From Phoronis australis (lineage: Eukaryota; Animalia; Phoronida), in the NCBI GenBank assembly GCA_002633005.1, contig NMRA01000217.1:372001-436000 (forward strand): a stretch of 64,000 nt of DNA, written 5' to 3'. The translations under genes were made by a program, and so were the position numbers. Under the pieces are notes generated by a model. The model was not told the origin of the DNA. It did not search any database and was given only the letters and a program-made list of their open reading frames with translations. Each line of letters starts with the position of its first letter. Position 1 is the first letter of the stretch. Below are positions 56,501-64,000 of the stretch, piece after piece.

Positions 56501-59500
56501 CAGTTATGTGTTCATCACCTGCCAATAAAAGTAGCCTATTACACATACAGTACAATCAAATTAGGACACCCATGGCACACGTAAAATGAAATTTTATTTT
56601 CTTACGTTTTTTATAACAACACATGAATGGTGCACCATGTTCAAGTCTTGTAGCATAGCTACAACCAGAAAATGTTTCGAGAATTGTAGAAATTCACAGC
56701 AATGTTAGAAGACGAAAAAAGGGCGATTCTTGTAATTACTTCCGGCCAGAATTGGTAACATTTTACTATAAGAAACATCACTTCAAATTTCCCATATTTA
56801 AGAGGTCTGCGGGCAAAAAACCAAGTTGCTAACAACAGAATGCGAAATTCATTTCTTGGTCATAAAATAACAAATTAATTCATATGCTGAATGAAAGTTT
56901 TTGTGACAAATGCAATTCCTTTTATCTGGTGAATTTTACAGGCACTAATTAATTGGTTTCCTTAATTCAACTTCTACTTTGTTACGCAGGAATACCTGAA
57001 ATGGACATGTTCAACTGGGTTTATCTTTTATTGAACAATAATTCACGGCAGTCTACGGAGTTCAGTGAAAGGACCCTCAGTGCTCAGACAGCTGTGTAGG
57101 TGAACCTGGACACGATTTTAATACTGATGATGCTACTATCCTAGACTGTGAGGCAGATTGGATCAGAAGAGGTGTCTAAAAAACTCTCCACAATGCATCG
57201 AGAGCCCTCTCTGAATAAACAAAGTGGATTAAGGTTCCATCTGTCACACTTATCAAGTAGTGCGTAGTCTGGTTAAAATGCCACCTATAGGACAGAACGA
57301 CAATAACTCCACTAACCAAGTTGAAGTCCGTGAGAGACAGATGCAAAGTCGCCAACTCAAGTAAGAAAATTCCAGTATTTGACTCACTTTTTAAGTATTT
57401 TTAATAATATCAGTGCCTTCTGTCAAAAAATGCTTATGGCTACTCACAATTATTAAATTTGTCACATCAGAACAGAAATTATGACTTCCAGAGTTCTGAA
57501 GAACTGAGTTTGTTATTTCTTCAGACCAGGGTGCTGACGTTTGCTCGTCAAGGTGGGTTAAGTTCAGATGCTGATGGCCGTCAGGTATTTTCAGGTGTTT
57601 TATTGCAAACAATTTCAGTTCAAGCAAAGGACAACAACACACCGACCTTAAATCAAAAATGATTGCACGCAGTATGATACAGGATGCTCAGGAGGGTCCA
57701 TTACACTGATCAGCTGGTGATTTATTAAAATATAGTTTAAACCGAGGAGAGGAGCTACTGACAGACCTGACTCAAAGATCAAGCTAAGTGCCTCAGACAC
57801 TTATTTTACAAGGTCACATTGCATGTTCACTAGCTAGAGCAAATAAGAATGTTAATATGGCAGGAAAAGAAAATGTTGATGAAGTGTCAACTATCGCCAT
57901 GGTAACCAGATGTGATATTCATAAAAATAATAGTTAGGTATTACCTAAATCTTCTTTTTCTTGCTGCTTCTGATTTAGTTCGACCACTTCAGATTTTCTA
58001 AAGAACAAGACAGATGATAAACTTCATCATTAAGCACTCCATCTCTGTCCAAATAAAAGAAGCCAGTCATAAAACTCCAGAAGCTGTGCTAACTGGCCAA
58101 TCATATCCTGACCAGTATAAAGTATTCAATAATAATACTTGGAAATAAGATGTAGCACCTTATCTATTATGGAAAACAATCAGTATAACAGAAAGTTAAA
58201 CTGTTTTACACAAGTTAGACGTCTATTGTTTTCTTAAGTATCACATTCAATAGTGTTCATTTTGAGGGAAAAAACGAAGCCAAAGTAGAACATACTCAGC
58301 CTCGTCTGTAGATGATGACTTTCCTTTTCCTTTTCCTTTGCCATTAATAGTCAACCGCTCGGACAGCTCTACGTTTTCATGTTTCTTTTTTACCACTTCA
58401 GCCAGTCGCTCAGGAGACAGGAAGAGATGAAGGCCCTACATGACAAGCGCAGGATGTTAAAGAGGAGATGAATTTTCATTTCAAAAACAGTGACCAGTAG
58501 GTAAAGCTGTGGTAGAATTAATTAAAGTTCTAAAAAAAGTTGGTGAATTTTGTCCACACTCGTGTTAGCTTTGCTGCAAATATCGTAAAAATACAAAAGG
58601 AAAACAAACCAAAAGTACAACCAAATCGTTTCAAGATTAGACGAAAACGTTTGTTCCAAAACTTTGGGGATTTTGTTGGCCTTTTTGAAATTACTAATAA
58701 AAATGCTTGGTCCTACACAGCAGGAACCATTTCACAATGCTGAAGTTAAAAATTTGCATAATTTGGTTTCAATAACTGGCATCTAAGACAGGTACGAAAA
58801 GCTACAATTAAATCAAAAGGCACCCACTCCCCACGTTTAAAAAGAAAAGGGCCGCTTCAAAAGTGGGGTCCAGCAGGTATAGCCTAAATAGCCGCTTTGA
58901 CCCAGGCAGCTATGCTGTAAGCTTGTTATAGTGACTCTAAATAATGGAAACACAGATTGAACAAAAAACTGGCAACTCGTTATGAAACAGAGCAGTGTAA
59001 GGAGCTCTTAACACTAGATTGGTAGACAGAATGGCATTGAAATGTGACACTAGATTGGTAGACAGAATGGCATTGAAATTCGACACTAGATTGGTAGACA
59101 GAATGGCATTGAAATGTGACACTAGATTGGTAGACAGAATGGCATTGAAATGCGACAAAATGTAAAATGTACAGAGTGTTCAGTAAAATAGATGTATTAA
59201 TATTTTGAACTTTATAAAACTAGTTGGAAGCCAAAAAAAGCCAACATACCGTGCCCTTCCATAAAGTTAGGTTGAGTAATGTACTCTCCTTGAGTGCAAG
59301 TATTGCCTGGAAGATAACAAACAAAATCACATACCAGCAAAACTTCATTTTGAGCTGTTACCCAGAATTTACAATGCTGCATTGTTCAATTACAATTTTC
59401 TTACAATCAGACTTTTTAAAAATTCAGCCCAGCCTGTATTTAGGCTATGCCTACCTCTGAATGACTGACATTGAAGAATCTAGTGCCGTTGACCTCCACA

Positions 59501-62500
59501 ATTTGATCTCCCACCTCAAGGCCAGTCTCCTGGGCGAGGCTGCCCTCGCGGACAGACTGGATGAATATCCCTGGTTGGTTTAGAGGGCCACTGCATATGC
59601 TGCAAGAGAGAGGATGAAATTCATTTTGATAAATATACAATTGTTATTGTACTGCACTAGTAACCAAAACTCTAAATTAGTTAATCTTGATTAAAAAAGA
59701 ATTATTATACGATTCAGACAGATTGTGGAGTAAGTTTGGAGACAATAAATCACAACATTGACTGTCACTATCGCAAGTCCATTTCAAATTTTGCTTTACA
59801 TTTTTTTCTTGAAGCTTCAACTACTTCATTGAGATTCAAGCCTGCCCTCTTTACCACTGCACCACCTACACATCACCGGAGGGGTAGGACTTTGAAGTCT
59901 GTATTTTATCCAGATTCTGATATCTAATTTGTGTTACGATACCCATAAAAATGAACCACCAGGTGAATTCAAACCAGCATCTACTGCACAAAATGCTTTG
60001 CTTAACTAACAACTGTTGTACAACTTCAAAAACATTTCTCAAAATAAAATCAACTGCTCCTTTGTTCATTCTGAGCATATCCTAGAAGTTTTTCAAAACC
60101 TCTCCACAAATTTTTGGATAAAAGATTGTAGCTCACTGACCAAACGAGTGATCGACATATGATTGAAAGCTCAAACACAACCTCCTTCCACAAATATTGA
60201 CTTTCCAGCGCAGTCAATATTTTGATTTTCAAAACAAAAATGTGATAATGACCTCAGCTCTACTTTGGTCATTGTCACATTTTTGGAATCTGAAAACCAA
60301 AATACTGACCTTGTACTGGTAGATATACTTATCATACCCAAAACTGACAAAATCTATAGCATAATTCACAATGTTTTATGTCCTTCAGCTCAGTGCCGCT
60401 CAGTGAATTATTAATGTGTAACAAAATAACAAAATAATAAAGGCGTTGCCAATAGTCGGATATAATGTGCCCGTATTTTGAGTACCAGTTTGATGCCGGT
60501 ATATAGCAGAGAAAACTGGTTCTCAAAATGTGGGGATGTTATACCATTACCAAAGCGTTTACTCGTATTAGCACAAGCCTGGGTGTATGGTAGTCATTAC
60601 AGCCAATATCTCCCACTTCAAGATAGTGGTTTGCGAGAAAAAACGCAGCTCGTGCAAAGAAAAACACCAGGATGGCGAAAAAAGATTAATGTATTTGAAA
60701 GAATAACATTCTGGTGATCGAATAAATCAAATAGAGCTCTTGAGAAAAAATTGTGTTCACGAGAAAAGAATCTTTTTAATTAGAACACCTGCAAGGAAGT
60801 CACCTGGCAGGACTTAAACATCCTTCTTACCTGCAGCCTAAACTGCCACCTATCACATGCACGCACAGTTTGACTTCCTCAAACTCTGTCTCGATTGGTG
60901 AGACTTGGGCTGGCACCTAAAATTAACATGCAAGGTAACTGAAGAACATTACTTGGTTAAAGGCACTAGCAGCGCCACCTTTAAACTAACGCTAAAAGCT
61001 GATGCTAAAAGGAAATCAGTGCAAAATATATTTCAATGCAGCTAGTACACTGTACTTTCATAGACTTTTATCGTAATACTCAAGATCTAAACAAAACAAT
61101 CAAGTCCGTTAGAAAAAAATCACACTGCCCACAAATACAATTCGCCCACTCATGCTAACTCAACTCAGATGCTGGGAAAAGATTAATGTTCATCAACTTT
61201 ATTATTCAGCTGCGTTAGGCCTACCGTTCTTTTGCAACAGGACTGGGTATTTTTGAATAAATAAAACAGTATTCACCTTCAAAACTTATTTCCATGTTTG
61301 AGCTAGCAGTTGTAAAATAAAACTTACTTTTGGTGATCTTTTCATTTCCTTCCTTTCAATGTATTTCCAAGATACGCCCTCAGTCGGTCTTCTATAAATA
61401 AAATTGAAAATCATCTCACATTGAAATCTATACCATTCTTTAAAGCTTAAACTTTGAATCGGAACATGAACGACAAAAAAACCTCCGTCCACGATAACAC
61501 CCTAATTTTTTAATTAAATAGCACTTATTGAAACATCATTTCTCAATTTATGGTGGACAGTGTTGAGGTAATACAATTCATTTCCAACAGCCCATTTGAC
61601 ATTCTACACAAGGCAAAAGAAAAAATGAAATAATAAATACCAAGTCTGCCCTTATGTATTATGTACCCGCAATTACCAACTGTGTAATAAATAGAGCACC
61701 TCGTTCGATGCACGGCACCTCACAAAGAAAAAATCACAACTTGTTGCTTTTAAGTTGGTTGGTACGGCAGGATGGGGGGGAGGGGGCAAATGTCGAATCT
61801 GATGTGAGTGAAGTTAAACATGGTCCATGTTATTTGAAATTCTGTACAACACAGCTCACAGCATCAGCTCAATTCTAACTTAAATGACAAGCCTTGAGAA
61901 CTCTTGGATAAATCATAGAAATCAAGCCATACCCGCTAAAACACTTAATGTATGCTGTCTGAAGAACTGGTAGTCAGATTGTTTCGCAATTATTCCTTGA
62001 ACTTCTGTGATGAGAATAGATAGGCCCATTCAGAGGAACAGATGTGTTGCTTCGCTGTGAAAGTGCATTCCATCAGTTGTTGTAATACCATGAGGAGTAA
62101 CAGAACAAGACAAGAATATTGCCCCCCCCTTATTCCAGGCCACCCAGTGTATGTTATTGTGATGACACATAATTTATACGAAACTCAAACTTACTGCTTT
62201 TCAGGAATCATTCCGATGCCTGAAATAAAGGAAGGCAAGAGTTGTATAAACAAGTGTACGCTAAGGGATACGTGTTCTGTTGTCAGTGTTGTGATGATGA
62301 GAAAACACATTATGTCGCAACTACCTAGTAGTAAGTTAAGGAAACATTCAACATGGAAAGAAAAGACTACCCAGACTGTTGACAAACAATTATGGTATGT
62401 TCAACTACGCGCTACCATGCACAATACCACAGCAAAGACTAACTGGCATTGAAATGGACAAATTTTGTTACATATGTTACAAAAAATAACCACAACAGCT

Positions 62501-64000
62501 AGGCTGAAAAAATGACTGACGTTACTGCAGCATTGTGGATAATTAATTAATGGAGTTCTTTCAGCGAGGCAAAACTCTTGTCCGTAAATAAAGTCTTAAA
62601 AGCAATTTTACGTGCACTTTGGGGTACATACACAAGGCATCATTCATTCCTACACATCAGATTGTCAGTAGAAGCAAACCATTAAAGGAATTTGGCGAAC
62701 TTTTTACTTGCAAAGTTTGCAACCCAAAGTTTGCTAGACAAATGTGGAGAGGTTGCCAAACACAGCAGAACTAGTTTGGTGAACTCTGGACATGCGCATT
62801 AATTTGAAAGCTGTTTAATGGAGTTACGTGCCTTAACCAATCAGCAACCAGCTAAAAATCATGTGGTTGTCACTGTTTCAAATGCCAGTCCTCATAACGG
62901 GAATGCTGGAGGAGTTTGCTAGTTTGTACTTATTGAGAAACTATTCAAAACATCACTGAACTCCGAATTTTCAAACAAAAGTTTGGTAGAGTTTGCCAGT
63001 GTAAGGCCTTTAGCTTTCACAATTGCTCCATCATGACTAGAAATCGGCTCAAAGTGACTGCCTTCGGCAATTGAAAATCAACACTTCAATACTAGGTAAA
63101 ACACGTTCTTTAGCACAGGGATTCAACAATGACGAAATGAAAAATCTCTCAAAATCTCCTTAAAAGATCAAATTGGGATTTCATAATAAGTGATTCCGGT
63201 GACTTCCATGGTGTTTAAATAACAGCATGCATCAATTAAATCATAACATTTCTCTTATTTCTCAAGTCATCTAAAACTCAGCTCTTCTGATTGTTTGATT
63301 GTTTTTACACAAAACATGTCTCAGTACCACAGTGACATATGTAGCTTGATACCATTAATGCATTTGTGAGAATATGAGGATTATGTTGAATTGAATTTTT
63401 CAATGGATGTATCTACTATGCATTGCCGCTATGAGTTGTCTGTGTGAGATTTATTTATTTGCAATTTTCGATTTAATGTCACTTCAAAGCATGGAATGCT
63501 AGGAAGACAAGATTCACACATTTTGTAAAGAATGCTCTTAATTTTATTGAATGGGATGTGAATTTCAAATAAATTAAATTTAAAGTCATTCAACAACTCT
63601 TTGAACCTTGGAATGTCTTTTGATACAGTCAACGTTAACATTCCTCTCTAGGTATACATTACACACTTAACAAATGATTGCTGGACAAGGAATGACGGTC
63701 AGTCATCTGTGAGCAAAATGGAAGTAAGCTGGTTCCAAGTCCAAACAATAGATGGAGTTAGTAGTCAGAATTTTAGTACTTAAGAGATTTCATTCACAGG
63801 CAGCTGAAAGACGCTTAATCAAGCAATGCAACAGACCACAGTTTAAGTGACGGGTCAGGGTGTCATTACTAAGTCTTTTTATATGGCTTGCTTACTTCTA
63901 ACTTTAAGAATGATCTCAGGCTTGATCCTGATAAGGTTCAGTGCTTCTTCATGTATGGCTTGGCTAATGGTGTACCCGTTAATCCTGACAATCTCATCAC
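44530..64000 (-). CDS. USH1C: Harmonin (Usher syndrome 1C homolog), 5'-partial: end of PDZ1, PDZ2, coiled-coil region, PDZ3, C-terminal PDZ-binding motif
   Basis: In-phase GT-AG exons: >64000-63896 ([18 protein letters not shown]), 62219-62195 (IGMIPEK), 61391-61328 (VSWKYI), 60916-60831, 59599-59455 ([14 protein letters not shown]...GDQIVEVNG), 59306-59250, 58435-58296 ([13 protein letters not shown]), 57997-57945, 53635-53514, 52993-52754, 50825-50724, 48792-48643 (EEDFDPDQM), 48460-48304 ([12 protein letters not shown]), 47771-47662, 46880-46825 ([12 protein letters not shown]), 44542-44530 (ITYF*). These match human harmonin [33 protein letters not shown] and PPKEYDDELTFF. Central exons are less certain. 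Confidence 0.93.
45525..45833. mobile_element. MITE with 39-bp perfect terminal inverted repeats and internal ACGGACTCA sub-repeats
   Basis: CAAGGTACCTAAACTACACGGTCAACGGACTCATAAACA (45525-45563) and its reverse complement (45795-45833). Confidence 0.85.
46324..46369 (+). repeat. 21-bp tandem duplication
   Basis: GTATCCACCGCGGGTACCAGA x2 + GTAT. Confidence 0.9.
50905..51349. mobile_element. MITE (~445 bp) with ~50-bp imperfect terminal inverted repeats
   Basis: CCAGTGCCTGGTTGCACAAGACAGTCCCAAATAGGGACTCAACTAAGTTCC ... GGAACTTAGTTCAGTCCTTATTTGGGACTGTTTCATGCAACCCAGCACTGG. Confidence 0.8.
59011..59157 (+). repeat. Minisatellite, 36 bp x 4, intronic in USH1C
   Basis: ACACTAGATTGGTAGACAGAATGGCATTGAAAT(GT/TC/GC)G repeated head to tail with no spacers. 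Confidence 0.95.

Noticed and set aside
59011-59157. 36-bp repeats of CRISPR-like length, and the repetitive ORF 58937-59158
   Set aside because: Units are contiguous with no spacers, there are no cas genes, and the site is a eukaryotic intron; it is a minisatellite.

Overview
AT-rich, intron-containing animal (invertebrate metazoan) genomic DNA; no prokaryotic features, CRISPR arrays, rRNA or true tRNA genes. Reading splice sites by hand gives five spliced genes plus the 3' end of an unidentified one: RPL12 (+, 8750-14448); an apparently undescribed 233-aa secreted protein (-, 17125-21385: signal peptide, acidic pro-region, Spaetzle-like cystine knot with an Arg/Trp/Cys-rich loop, two antistasin-like repeats); a 1015-aa SE-cephalotoxin-like protein (+, 26153-31387) divergently oriented to it; SKP1 (+, 38768-42466); and the 3' part of harmonin/USH1C (-, 44530 to beyond the window end). 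Repeats include a Penelope RT fragment, a decayed APE-type LINE, a solo LTR with 5-bp TSD, a Helentron-associated (HINE/DINE-like) element, tRNA-derived SINEs and several MITEs. The best candidate for a new system is the head-to-head pair of secreted defence/toxin-like genes between two housekeeping genes. Family assignments come from recalled motifs, not database searches.
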